From a virus: a stretch of 47,261 nucleotides of DNA. Location: the IMG/VR virus record IMGVR_UViG_3300012210_000003, one strand, 5' to 3'. Positions 17,325-26,465 of the stretch are shown here, in pieces. Each line of letters opens with the position of its first letter. The stretch's first letter is position 1. The notes below the pieces were generated by a model. The model had not been told where the DNA came from and searched no databases. It saw only the letters and a program-made list of their open reading frames with translations. The translations under genes were made by a program, and so were the position numbers.

Positions 17325-17786
17325 ATGGCTGGAATGCAGGGCCTTGGCCGGGTGTTCGACGTCGTTCCTATCGCGTCGGGCGCCGGCCTATCGTTGAAGA
17401 ACGCGTCGGCGGTCACGTTCGTGCTGACCGGCGCGACCGGTGTCGCGACGCTGAGCATCGCGACGAGTTTCGGCGGGACCTACCGGGCGGGTAGCTTCTT
17501 CACCCCCGCGTGGGCGCCGATCACCACCGTGTACTGGAGCACCGCGACCGACGGCAGTGTGGCGTGGGCCAAGGCCACCATCACCGCGGCGGCCACGTTC
17601 ACCAACGGCACCACCGCTGGGCTGACCACGTCGACGAACTCGGTGTTCACCGTGTTCGGCTCCCAGCTCCCGGATCTGTACGACTACGTCAAGTGCACCG
17701 CGACCGGCAGCGGCTTGTGCACGGCGATCCTGCATGACCTGACGGTGCAGCGGACACCCGCGAACATGGTCAAGTTGGGGGCCTGA
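17325..17786 (+). CDS. hypothetical virion-module protein (153 aa)
   Basis: Track ORF. Ala/Thr/Gly-rich. Possibly distantly related to the next two paralogs. Confidence 0.7.
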   Translation: MAGMQGLGRVFDVVPIASGAGLSLKNASAVTFVLTGATGVATLSIATSFGGTYRAGSFFTPAWAPITTVYWSTATDGSVAWAKATITAAATFTNGTTAGLTTSTNSVFTVFGSQLPDLYDYVKCTATGSGLCTAILHDLTVQRTPANMVKLGA

Positions 17787-17787
17787 C

Positions 17788-18003
17788 ATGCACGCCAAGG
17801 TCAAGTACCTAGCGTCCACGGGATCGACAGGTAGCTATACCCAGAACAAGGAGTACGACGTTCTGGGATGGACGGCCAACACCACGAACAACGCACCCGC
17901 CAGCGCGTGCGTTGTTGACGACACCGGAACGGTTGTCGGCGTGCAGGTCGACAGCAACACCTGGTCGCTCTCTCAGGCGTACGCCACGGAGAGGATCGTC
18001 TGA
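17788..18003 (+). CDS. hypothetical protein (71 aa)
   Basis: Track ORF, tightly packed between neighbours. Confidence 0.65.
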   Translation: MHAKVKYLASTGSTGSYTQNKEYDVLGWTANTTNNAPASACVVDDTGTVVGVQVDSNTWSLSQAYATERIV

Positions 18004-18500
18004 TGGCCGCGTTCATTCAGGGCACCGCACAGCGGGCGCTGCACTTCGGGAACCTGGTCAAGAAACTGGCACAGATCCCGCCGAACTCGGGGTCTTCGGC
18101 CACCTTGTTCACGGTGGCCGGCGGCATGGTCATGGTGACCTCGATGGTGGGTCGTGTTTCTACGGTCCTGTCTGGTACCACGGGCGCGGTTTCGCTGGGT
18201 GCGACTCCGACTGTGGGTGCTGCTGGCGCGCAGGTGGCGGGTATCGCTGCGGCCACCGTCGTCGGCGGCGGCGAGGTCGGAGCGGCGTTCGCGGTAGCTG
18301 CGACCATCGCGGGTGCGCCGACGACTCTGGCCAACGGCGGTGCCAGTGGCGTGGCGGGTAAGTCACCGTTCCTGGCGCAGTCCGCATTCGTCGTCAACGC
18401 CGGGGTCATCACGGTCACGACGTCGGTGGCGACGATGACCGGCGCGATCGACTGGTACCTCACGTATGTGCCGTTGGATGATGGGGCGTCGGTGAGCTGA
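18003..18500 (+). CDS. hypothetical virion-module protein, paralog A (165 aa)
   Basis: Track ORF. Shares the LFTVAGGMVMVTS... and ...GVITVTT..TGAIDWYLTYVP blocks with 18500..19012. Confidence 0.75.
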   Translation: MAAFIQGTAQRALHFGNLVKKLAQIPPNSGSSATLFTVAGGMVMVTSMVGRVSTVLSGTTGAVSLGATPTVGAAGAQVAGIAAATVVGGGEVGAAFAVAATIAGAPTTLANGGASGVAGKSPFLAQSAFVVNAGVITVTTSVATMTGAIDWYLTYVPLDDGASVS

Positions 18501-19012
18501 TGCCGGCCAGCCCGGCGGCCCAGGCCGCGCAGAAGTTCGCCGAGACCTACGGCGCGCTGGTCACTGGCGCGGCGAAGACTCTGCCGGCCACCGCGAGCGG
18601 CGACATCTTCTTGGTCACCGGCGGCCGGGTGATCGTCACCAGCCTGACGGGTGTGGTGTCCACGATCATCCAGGCGCAGGCGACGACGCTGTCGGTGGGC
18701 AACAAACCCACCGGCGGCTCGTCCGCCGTCGCCACACTGTGCGCCACCGCGGACCTGAACGCGAAACCGGTGGGGACGTCGCTGGCGGTGCCGCAGGCCA
18801 AGGCCAGCGCGCTGATCGTGTCGGGAGCGGACGGCACCTTGCTGTGGAACACGACTTCCGGCGCGCAAGGTGTGCCGTTCGAGAACGGCGGGATCGCGCT
18901 GGTGCCGGCCGGTTCGATCCAGGTCACCACGGGGGCGACCAGTACGGGCGCGATCACCTGGTCGGTGACGTGGGTGCCGTACGACGCCGGCGCCGTCGTC
19001 ACCGCAGCATAG
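18500..19012 (+). CDS. hypothetical virion-module protein, paralog B (170 aa)
   Basis: Track ORF. IFLVTGGRVIVTS... and ...GSIQVTT..TGAITWSVTWVP align with paralog A. Confidence 0.75.
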   Translation: MPASPAAQAAQKFAETYGALVTGAAKTLPATASGDIFLVTGGRVIVTSLTGVVSTIIQAQATTLSVGNKPTGGSSAVATLCATADLNAKPVGTSLAVPQAKASALIVSGADGTLLWNTTSGAQGVPFENGGIALVPAGSIQVTTGATSTGAITWSVTWVPYDAGAVVTAA

Positions 19013-19027
19013 AAGGGATGCGCACGC

Positions 19028-19417
19028 ATGGGTAAGACCAATGCGGACGGAACAACGTACACCGACCCTCTCACCGAGGTGACCACCTCGGTGAACTCGT
19101 CCGGCGAGGTGACCGGTGTGACCGAGGCAGGTGACCCGACCAGTTCGCTGTTGGTGACCAACCCGATCACCGAGCTGGCCGACGACGCCGTCGTCGGTGA
19201 CTCGACCGAGGAGACCGCAGCCGACGAGGCACCGGTCGATGTGGACGGTGACGGTGTCATCGACAAGTACGAGGCGCTCACCAAGAACGAACTCGTCGGA
19301 CTGTGCACCAGCTACAAACCGAACCCGTTGCCGACGCTCGGTAACAAGGCCGATCTGGTGCGGCGACTCCAGGAAGCCGACGAGGCCGCCGCCGCGCCGG
19401 TCGGGACTGGCGCGTAG
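19028..19417 (+). CDS. acidic head-module protein with C-terminal SAP/HeH-like motif
   Basis: The C-terminal LTKNELVGLC...LGNKADLVRRLQEAD resembles SAP/Rho-N-type helix-extended-helix motifs. Confidence 0.6.
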   Translation: MGKTNADGTTYTDPLTEVTTSVNSSGEVTGVTEAGDPTSSLLVTNPITELADDAVVGDSTEETAADEAPVDVDGDGVIDKYEALTKNELVGLCTSYKPNPLPTLGNKADLVRRLQEADEAAAAPVGTGA

Positions 19418-19419
19418 CG

Positions 19420-19626
19420 ATGGTGATGGGTTGGGACCTGTACTCGACGCTGGCTTTGCAGGCCCAGTACGAGGACTACTACAAGGCCCAACCACCGGTG
19501 GCGTGCCCTAACGACGGTGAACCACTCCGAGCCGGGCCGCCCGAACAGCCTGGGGTCCTGTTCTGTTTGTTCGACGGGTGGCAGTACCCGCGCGATTGGA
19601 ACCCCGAGGTCCACAGCGGAATGTGA
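19420..19626 (+). CDS. hypothetical protein (68 aa)
   Basis: Track ORF. Confidence 0.55.
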   Translation: MVMGWDLYSTLALQAQYEDYYKAQPPVACPNDGEPLRAGPPEQPGVLFCLFDGWQYPRDWNPEVHSGM

Positions 19627-19701
19627 ACTCCGGTCACAACTGAATATGCAGCCAATGCTGGCCGGTTGGACTACGGCTGGTTCCGGAAAGCGAGAGCAGG
19701 C

Positions 19702-20766
19702 ATGGCGATCCACCGACCGACCTACGCCACCCGGCGGATGGTCAAGTCCGCGACGGACATTGCGACCACCGCTGACTATGACCAGCAGGTCGACAGCGCG
19801 CTGGAGAGCGCGGCGGACGAGGTGGATTCGCTGTGTCACCGCCGCTTCTACAACACGTTGGCCACCCATTTGTGGGACTGGCCGAACTTTCAGCGTGCCT
19901 ACCCGTGGCGGATCTGGTTGCAGCAGCACGAGTTGGCCGATGTCACCTCGACGGTGCCGGTGGTCACGACTGGCGGCAAACTGATCCCCGCGTCGGCCCT
20001 GAAGTGGGGGCCGTGGGAGTCCGAGGCGCCCCCGTTTCTGTTCGTGGAGATCGACCGGTCCACCAGCTACGCGTTCGGAGTCGGGTCCACGCCGCAGCAG
20101 GACGTGTCGATCACCGGCTTGTACGGCTACTGGAACCGCACCCGCCCGGCCGGCGTGCTGGCCGCCGCGATCTCCACCACTGGCGCCACAGCCATCACGG
20201 TGTCGGACTGCTCGGTGGTCGACGCCGGTGACGTGATCACCGTGGATACCGAGACGATGTTGGTGGCCGACACCGGCATGGCCGACACGGGGCAGGTCCA
20301 AACCGGCGGTGGCTGCTCCACCGCCTCGGACGCCGACAACCAACTCACCGTCGCGGACGGCACGAAACTCCACGCGCAAGAGGTCATCGCGCTGGACGGC
20401 GAGCGGATGCTGATCACCTCGATCAGCGGGAACGTCGCCACGGTGCGGCGCGGCTACGACGGCACCGTCCTCGCCGGCCACACCACCGCCGCCGTGTTCG
20501 CGCTGCGCGCGTTGACGGTGACCCGCGGGGATTTCGGGTCAACCGCCGCCACCCACTTGAACGCCGCCGCGGTCACCGCCGCCGCCGTGCCGGGGGATGT
20601 CCGCGAGCTGGCCGCCGCCGAGGCGTTGAACACCACCTACCAGAAGGTGTCTGCGTACGCCCGCACGATCGGGGAGAACTCGCGCCCGGTGCCCGGCGGG
20701 TCGCTGCCTGACCTGCGTGCCCGGGTGAAGCGCGGGTTCTACCGGCTCCGTTTGGCGGTGATCTGA
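19702..20766 (+). CDS. head-tail connector/adaptor-like protein with long C-terminal extension
   Basis: N-terminal DYDQQVDSALESAADEVDSLCHRRF resembles gp6-type connectors. ATG 19702 preferred over TTG 19666. Confidence 0.55.
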   Translation: MAIHRPTYATRRMVKSATDIATTADYDQQVDSALESAADEVDSLCHRRFYNTLATHLWDWPNFQRAYPWRIWLQQHELADVTSTVPVVTTGGKLIPASALKWGPWESEAPPFLFVEIDRSTSYAFGVGSTPQQDVSITGLYGYWNRTRPAGVLAAAISTTGATAITVSDCSVVDAGDVITVDTETMLVADTGMADTGQVQTGGGCSTASDADNQLTVADGTKLHAQEVIALDGERMLITSISGNVATVRRGYDGTVLAGHTTAAVFALRALTVTRGDFGSTAATHLNAAAVTAAAVPGDVRELAAAEALNTTYQKVSAYARTIGENSRPVPGGSLPDLRARVKRGFYRLRLAVI

Positions 20767-20969
20767 TGTTGTTCGGGCTGCACGTTTTCACCGCGTTTGA
20801 CACGTGGTGGCCCAACATCGAGGCCGCCGTCCTGTGGGCTGGCCCGCCGACCGTGTACGCGTTCGTCCAGCACAAGCGCGCCGCGCGCCGGCACCGCCGG
20901 ATGCACGAGCAGATCCACGAGCTGCACGCCCACCTCGTTCCGCCACGGTCGGGGGACGCGGATGGCTAG
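20766..20969 (+). CDS. small hydrophobic protein (67 aa)
   Basis: Track ORF. ATGA-type packing with neighbours. Confidence 0.5.
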   Translation: MLFGLHVFTAFDTWWPNIEAAVLWAGPPTVYAFVQHKRAARRHRRMHEQIHELHAHLVPPRSGDADG

Positions 20970-21399
20970 CACCGTCACCCTGTCCGGGCCGTGGTTCGAC
21001 GGCACCGCGGATCGGCTGATGAAGGAAGCAGAACTGTCGGTCCGCCACGCCGTGAGTGAGCGGGGTGGCGTGCTGGTGCGGATGGCGTTCGATGGGGCGA
21101 TCCGCGTCAACACCGGTCGGTTCATCGCCAGCGTCACCATCATCGACAGCTCGCGCACGTTCTCCTCGCCGGGCGGCCGCCGGGTCTACTCCATGTCGAT
21201 CGATGTGCCGGCCCGTACCGATGTGGTCACCACCTCGAACGCCACCTACGGGCCGTGGCTCGAGGGTGTCGGGTCGCGGAACGCCACCACCAGGTTCCGG
21301 GGCTACCGGGGGTTCCGGCAGGCCGGTCAAGAACTGGGCACCCAGGCCACTCGGATCGCTGAGGATGCTTTGGCGCCGTATGTGCGGAGGATGGGATGA
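20962..21399 (+). CDS. HK97 gp10-like head-tail joining protein
   Basis: Start at ATG 20962, in frame with track ORF 20797..21399. The YGPWLEGVGSRNATTRFRGYRGF block is typical of the family (from memory). Confidence 0.6.
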   Translation: MASTVTLSGPWFDGTADRLMKEAELSVRHAVSERGGVLVRMAFDGAIRVNTGRFIASVTIIDSSRTFSSPGGRRVYSMSIDVPARTDVVTTSNATYGPWLEGVGSRNATTRFRGYRGFRQAGQELGTQATRIAEDALAPYVRRMG

Positions 21400-21866
21400 G
21401 TTTCGACGAGGCCGCGGTGAACACCTTGATCGACAAGATCGTCAGTCACGCTCGGGCGCTCGGCGTGTTCCGGTCGGTGAACTTCCACGAGCCGAAAGCG
21501 CAACCCGGTTCGGGTCTGCGGTACGGGGTGTGGGCGGACATCATCCGGCCGGTCGGCGAAGCGTCCGGGCTGAACTCGACTTCCGGTGTGGTGGAAGTGC
21601 AGGGCCGCATCTACGGCAACGCGTTGACGAAACCGGAGGACGATGTGGACCCCCGGATCATGACCGCCGCGGTCACGCTGATCGGCGCCTACTCGCGCGA
21701 TTTCGACTTCGGGGCGACGGTGCGGAACGTGGATCTGCTCGGCATGTATGGGCGGAGTTTGATGGCGCAGGCCGGTTACGCCACGATCGCGCAAACCACC
21801 TACAGGATCATGGATATCACCGTTCCTGTGGTGATCAACGACTTGTGGCCGCAGGTAGGGAGCTGA
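21396..21866 (+). CDS. tail terminator/completion-like protein
   Basis: Track ORF. Lies immediately upstream of the tail tube gene. Confidence 0.5.
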   Translation: MSFDEAAVNTLIDKIVSHARALGVFRSVNFHEPKAQPGSGLRYGVWADIIRPVGEASGLNSTSGVVEVQGRIYGNALTKPEDDVDPRIMTAAVTLIGAYSRDFDFGATVRNVDLLGMYGRSLMAQAGYATIAQTTYRIMDITVPVVINDLWPQVGS

Positions 21867-21867
21867 C

Positions 21868-22614
21868 ATGGGCAAAACAACCGGGCTGAACCAACGGTTC
21901 TATCTCGGCGGGTTCGATATCTCCGGGGATGTGTCCGCAATGGACTCGGCCGGCGTGCCGATAGCTACGCTGGACTCGACCGGGATCGACAAGTCAGCGC
22001 ACGAGCGGCTACTGGGCCTGCGGGACGGGAGCTTGGCGTTCACGTCGATCTTCAACACTTCCGCTGGGCAGCAGCACAAAGTGCTGTCGGCGCTGCCCCG
22101 CACCGATGTGGGTGTGATGTGGGCAGGTGGTGTGACGATCGGGTCGCCCGCCTACTGCATGATCGCCAAGCAGGTCAACTACGACGGCACCCGCGACGCC
22201 GCCGGTCTGCTCAACTTCAAGACGAGCATGCAGGCGAACGCGTTCGGCGCGGACTGGGGCGAGCTGCTCACCGCCGGGAAACGAGTCGACACCACCGCTA
22301 CCGCCGGTTCCCCGTTCGACGGCGGCGCGGCCTCCGCGTTCGGGTTCACCGCCTATTTGCAGGTGTTCGCGTTCTCCGGCACCGATGTCACGGTGAAGTT
22401 GCAGGACGCCACCACGTCGGGCGGGTCCTATGCGGATATCACGTCGGGTGCGTTCGCTCAGGTCACGGCGGCGCCGGCGGTGGGGCGGATCGCGGTGGGT
22501 GGGACGGGCGCGGTGCGGGAGTTCGTTAAGGCCACCACGGTCACGTCGGGCGGCTTCACATCGGTGACGTTCGCCGTGGTGTTGGTGCGCAACCAGGCGG
22601 CGGTGAGGGTCTGA
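21868..22614 (+). CDS. major tail (tube)-like protein, long paralog
   Basis: Track ORF. The STGIDKSAHERLLGLRDGSLAFTSIFN block is shared with 23061..23462. Confidence 0.6.
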   Translation: MGKTTGLNQRFYLGGFDISGDVSAMDSAGVPIATLDSTGIDKSAHERLLGLRDGSLAFTSIFNTSAGQQHKVLSALPRTDVGVMWAGGVTIGSPAYCMIAKQVNYDGTRDAAGLLNFKTSMQANAFGADWGELLTAGKRVDTTATAGSPFDGGAASAFGFTAYLQVFAFSGTDVTVKLQDATTSGGSYADITSGAFAQVTAAPAVGRIAVGGTGAVREFVKATTVTSGGFTSVTFAVVLVRNQAAVRV

Positions 22615-23054
22615 TGGGTGTTCCTGAGCCGCTGCTGCCGCCCACGGCGCGCAAGACGTACTCGCTGGTGGCCGACAAAACCAGACCCGTGCCGCAGCGG
22701 CAGATCAACTGTGAGGAAGCCGACTGCGAACACTGGCGGGAAGGCTGGATCACCACACTCGACCTTGCCACCGACCAAGGCCGCCAGCTCCACACGCTCG
22801 CCACCGGATCCGGCCGGCAGTTCGAGGAACGCCGCCAAGGCACGATGGCGTACCTCCACTTCGCCGCCGCCCAACCGTGCTTCCGGGCCACCAAACACTT
22901 CGCGTTGACCGACGAACGCCCGGCGCTCTATCTGATCCGCGATGGCGACGAACGCCAATACACGTCCCGCACCGTCGTGCCCCGCGCGGCCGACTGGGTG
23001 GACGACTTCCGTGAGCACACGGAGACACTCTCCGACGAGATCAAGAAAGGGTGA
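22614..23054 (+). CDS. hypothetical protein (146 aa, CEEADCEHW motif)
   Basis: Track ORF, inserted between the two tail-tube-like paralogs. Confidence 0.65.
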   Translation: MGVPEPLLPPTARKTYSLVADKTRPVPQRQINCEEADCEHWREGWITTLDLATDQGRQLHTLATGSGRQFEERRQGTMAYLHFAAAQPCFRATKHFALTDERPALYLIRDGDERQYTSRTVVPRAADWVDDFREHTETLSDEIKKG

Positions 23055-23060
23055 CCGACA

Positions 23061-23462
23061 GTGGCCAAGATCTCTGGTCTCGGCTGGACGACGTTCTCCG
23101 TAGCGAGCAGCGTCCCCACCCCAACCGACATCAAAAACGACGTCAACAGTGCCAACTGGGCCATGCCGCGCGCGTTGCAGGACGTGACCGGCCTGGACAA
23201 GTCCGCGATCGAACGGCTGGAACTGCTCGCGGACTGGTCCTGCACCGCGAAGGGCACGTTCAATGCGTCCCTGTCGCACCCGGTGTTCAAGGACTGTTCG
23301 AGCACGGCGGTGATCCGGGCGGTGTCGATCGTCATCGCGGCGCAGACGTTGAGCGGGAACGCGTGGGTGACCGACTACCAGTTGACGCGTGACGCGGCCG
23401 GCGCGTTCACCTGGTCGGTGCCGCTGGTTTTGGCCGACGGCACCGCGTTCGCGTGGTCCTGA
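23061..23462 (+). CDS. tail tube-like protein, short paralog
   Basis: Track ORF. VTGLDKSAIERLELLADWSCTAKGTFN aligns with 21868..22614. Lies directly upstream of the chaperone genes. Confidence 0.6.
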   Translation: MAKISGLGWTTFSVASSVPTPTDIKNDVNSANWAMPRALQDVTGLDKSAIERLELLADWSCTAKGTFNASLSHPVFKDCSSTAVIRAVSIVIAAQTLSGNAWVTDYQLTRDAAGAFTWSVPLVLADGTAFAWS

Positions 23463-23464
23463 TC

Positions 23465-23884
23465 ATGGGATTCAGGGCGAAACGGGCGTGGGAACTGGTG
23501 CTCCCCGAGCAGACGCACGCCGGGATGGTTGTGCTGGTCCGTGGCCGCAGCGTGGGCGAATACTTGCAGGGCCGGGACCTGTCGTGGGAGGACGACCCGA
23601 AGATCACGCGCGACGAGAAGGTGGAGCGCTACCGGGCGCTGTACAAGGAGTTCGCGGCCGACGTCATCGAATGGAACCTCGAAGACGAGCACGGCACGGC
23701 ACTGGATGTCAGCGAACAGTCCCTTCTGGACAGTGATGACATGTTGCTGCTGCCGGTGGTGGCGGCCTGGGCGAACAGGCGGGTCAAGCTACCCGACCCT
23801 TTGCCCGAGCCCTCCACCTATGGCGGGTCGCCCCAGGTGGAGAACATTCCGATGGAAGCCCCGTCGGAGAGCCAAGCGAGCTGA
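23465..23884 (+). CDS. tail assembly chaperone (G-like)
   Basis: Acidic 139-aa product immediately upstream of the tape measure gene. Contains a slippery heptamer. Confidence 0.75.
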   Translation: MGFRAKRAWELVLPEQTHAGMVVLVRGRSVGEYLQGRDLSWEDDPKITRDEKVERYRALYKEFAADVIEWNLEDEHGTALDVSEQSLLDSDDMLLLPVVAAWANRRVKLPDPLPEPSTYGGSPQVENIPMEAPSESQAS

Positions 23885-24030
23885 TCGAAGCCAACAACGT
23901 GCTGGGTCTGCTGGAACGGTTCCCTGGCTACACGCTCGGCACGTTGTTGGGGGACTACGAACACTTGCTGTGGTATGTGCAGGTGCAGAACGCGGGCCGA
24001 CCGGCGGCACCGTCGAGTGAGGAGGGGTGA
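23465..24030 (+). CDS. tail assembly chaperone -1 frameshift product (GT-like), shift at 23797-23803
   Basis: The -1 frame is open from 23740 to TGA 24028-24030. CCCTTTG is the only X XXY YYZ site in the overlap and is phased correctly. Confidence 0.55.
23797..23803 (+). promoter_or_regulatory. Putative -1 programmed frameshift heptamer C CCT TTG
   Basis: Zero-frame codons CCT (23798-23800) and TTG (23801-23803) fit X XXY YYZ. Confidence 0.5.
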
Positions 24031-24032
24031 CG

Positions 24033-26456
24033 ATGGAAAACGAAGTCAAGATCCACATCACCACCACTGACGACACGGCGGCCGGGCGGGGCAAGACCCG
24101 CGAGGATTTTCAGAAACTCGGCGACGACGTCGCGGGCGACCTGGACAAGAAACTGTCCGACGGCGGCACCAAAGCCGGCAAGGACATGGGCACCAACACC
24201 AGCAAGGAAGCCAAGAAATCGGCGGAGCCTGGCGGCGGCATGATGGCCACGGCCATCGCCGGGGGCCTCATCGCGGGTGGCCCGGTGATCGGCGCGGCGA
24301 TGGCCGGTATCGGCGCGCTCGGACTCATCGCCCTGGGGGCGAAGCTTCAGGCCGGGGCGCCGCAGATCCAAGCCGCGTGGGGCAACCTCGTCAACGACGC
24401 CAAGGTCTCCGCGACCGCGTACAGCTCCGTCATGGTCACCCCGATCCGGGACGCACTCAACCAGATCGACGCCGACCTGCAACGGCAAGGCCCCGTCATT
24501 CAGGGCATGTTCTCCTCGGCTGCCGCCGACATACCGATCTTCACCAACGGTTTGCTGTCCCTCACCGACAACGCGCTCCCCGGGTTCTCCAACGCCCTAT
24601 CGCATTCCGAAGTGATCATGCAGGGTATCGCGTCGATGATGGGCAGCATCGGCTCAGGTGTCAGCGATATCGGCAACTCGGTCGCGTCCAGCAGCGGCCG
24701 GATCGGCTCGGACATGTCCAGCCTGGGCAACATCGTGCACACGGTGGAGACAGGCATCGGGAGCCTGATCTCCATCACATCGGGGCTCGCGGAGGGCGCG
24801 CTGCCGGCGTTGGGTGGCGCGGTCGGCTTGGTGACCGGCACCCTGTCCGGGCTGCATTCGCTGCTGGGCCCGATCGAACCGGAACTCGGCGGCATCGTCA
24901 GCGTGGCTGGCGGCGCGTATCTGGCGTTCAGCAAGCTCGCGCCGATGGCCGACAAGCTCGGCACCAGCATGGCCAGCAAGGGTGGCCTGCTGGGCAGCAT
25001 CTCCGGTCTGGCCGCCGGCATCCCCTACGTCGGTGCCGCCGTAGCCGGCCTGTCCCTGGTGACCGGTATTCTGGCTAGCCAGAACGAGAAGGCGGCGCAG
25101 GCCGCGACGGACGAAGCCAAGTCGTCGGACAATCTGAACAAGTCGCTGGCCGGTGTGACGAACGCGACGCAGGCCCAGATCGACGGGATGGTGGAACAGA
25201 ACGCCGCCGGACAGAGCTGGTTGCGGACGGCACAAGATACTTCGCACCAAGTAGCCACCTTGGAGCAAGTGCTGGCAGCCGCCGGTGTCTCCCAAAATCA
25301 ATTCGCTTCGGCCATTGAGAATGGTGGCAGCCAGCTAACGGCTATGCATTCGAAGCTAGACGGTGTCGTAATATCTCAGCAGGCCGCTTACGACAGTGGC
25401 AAGGATCTCACCGATTTTCAGATGAATCTGGGCGACGCCGCTAGCGCACTTTCTGGCAAACTGGAAGATCTGGCCGGGGCGTATCAGGGTTCGGCTGCGC
25501 AGGCCGAGGAACTCGCGATCCAAACCGCGCAGGCCGACCTCGGCCTCGACCACGCGACGCTGAGTTCCGCTGAACTGACCAAAGACATGCACGTGCTCGG
25601 CGACGCCACCTCAACCACATCGGCCCGCACAACAGCGCTGACGGACGCGTTGCGGCTGATGGCCGACCACGGCGCCGAACCCGCCAACGACGCCCTCGCG
25701 CAGGCATGGTCCACAGTGAACGGGCTCGGCGCCGCGTTGAAGGGCACCACCGGGAAGCTGCTGGACACCGGCGGTGGGCTTGACCTCACGACGACCAAGG
25801 GTGAGGCCGCGCAGACCGCGTTCGAGCAGCTCCGTGGCCAGGTCGCGGCGTACGCGCAGGCGTTGGTCAGCCAGGGTGACAGCAGCCAGGAGGTGCGGGC
25901 CAAGACCGATGCGTTGATCCAGCAGTTGACCGGCCCGATGGCCAAGGCGCTGGGGTTGTCGCAGGCGCAGGTGAAGACGTTGTCGGACACCTTGTTCGGG
26001 CTCAACGGCGCGAACATCACCGCCACGGTCGGTATCAACACGAATGAGGCTTATTCGGCTCTGAGCACGCTCCTCAACCGGATCAACAACAGCTCAGCGA
26101 CGGTGGCGGTCAATATCGCCAGTGGTGCGGCGCAGCACGGGATTCAGATCCCGAAGGTGAGCGGCGGCCCGACCGGTCTGTCCCATTACGACACCGGTGG
26201 CGCTACCGGTGATTTGACGATGAATGAGCACGGCGGCGAAGCGGTCCGGCTACCGACCGGGTCGATGGTGATCCCGAACAGCTCAGCAGACAACGCGGCC
26301 CGAACCGCGTTCGAACGCGGCGGCGGCGGCGCGAGTATGTCTGTCGAAATGAAATTCACGGGTACACAGACCGCGTTTTCGACGTTCGTGATGAACGAGT
26401 TCAGGGCGGGCCGGATCCAGCTTGTCGCCAACGGGCAACGAGTCACGGTCGGATAG
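24033..26456 (+). CDS. tape measure protein
   Basis: Longest ORF (807 aa from ATG 24033, preceded by GAGGAGGGG). Ala/Gly/Ser-rich with hydrophobic segments. Follows G/GT. Confidence 0.9.
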   Translation: MENEVKIHITTTDDTAAGRGKTREDFQKLGDDVAGDLDKKLSDGGTKAGKDMGTNTSKEAKKSAEPGGGMMATAIAGGLIAGGPVIGAAMAGIGALGLIALGAKLQAGAPQIQAAWGNLVNDAKVSATAYSSVMVTPIRDALNQIDADLQRQGPVIQGMFSSAAADIPIFTNGLLSLTDNALPGFSNALSHSEVIMQGIASMMGSIGSGVSDIGNSVASSSGRIGSDMSSLGNIVHTVETGIGSLISITSGLAEGALPALGGAVGLVTGTLSGLHSLLGPIEPELGGIVSVAGGAYLAFSKLAPMADKLGTSMASKGGLLGSISGLAAGIPYVGAAVAGLSLVTGILASQNEKAAQAATDEAKSSDNLNKSLAGVTNATQAQIDGMVEQNAAGQSWLRTAQDTSHQVATLEQVLAAAGVSQNQFASAIENGGSQLTAMHSKLDGVVISQQAAYDSGKDLTDFQMNLGDAASALSGKLEDLAGAYQGSAAQAEELAIQTAQADLGLDHATLSSAELTKDMHVLGDATSTTSARTTALTDALRLMADHGAEPANDALAQAWSTVNGLGAALKGTTGKLLDTGGGLDLTTTKGEAAQTAFEQLRGQVAAYAQALVSQGDSSQEVRAKTDALIQQLTGPMAKALGLSQAQVKTLSDTLFGLNGANITATVGINTNEAYSALSTLLNRINNSSATVAVNIASGAAQHGIQIPKVSGGPTGLSHYDTGGATGDLTMNEHGGEAVRLPTGSMVIPNSSADNAARTAFERGGGGASMSVEMKFTGTQTAFSTFVMNEFRAGRIQLVANGQRVTVG

Positions 26457-26465
26457 GAGACAGCA

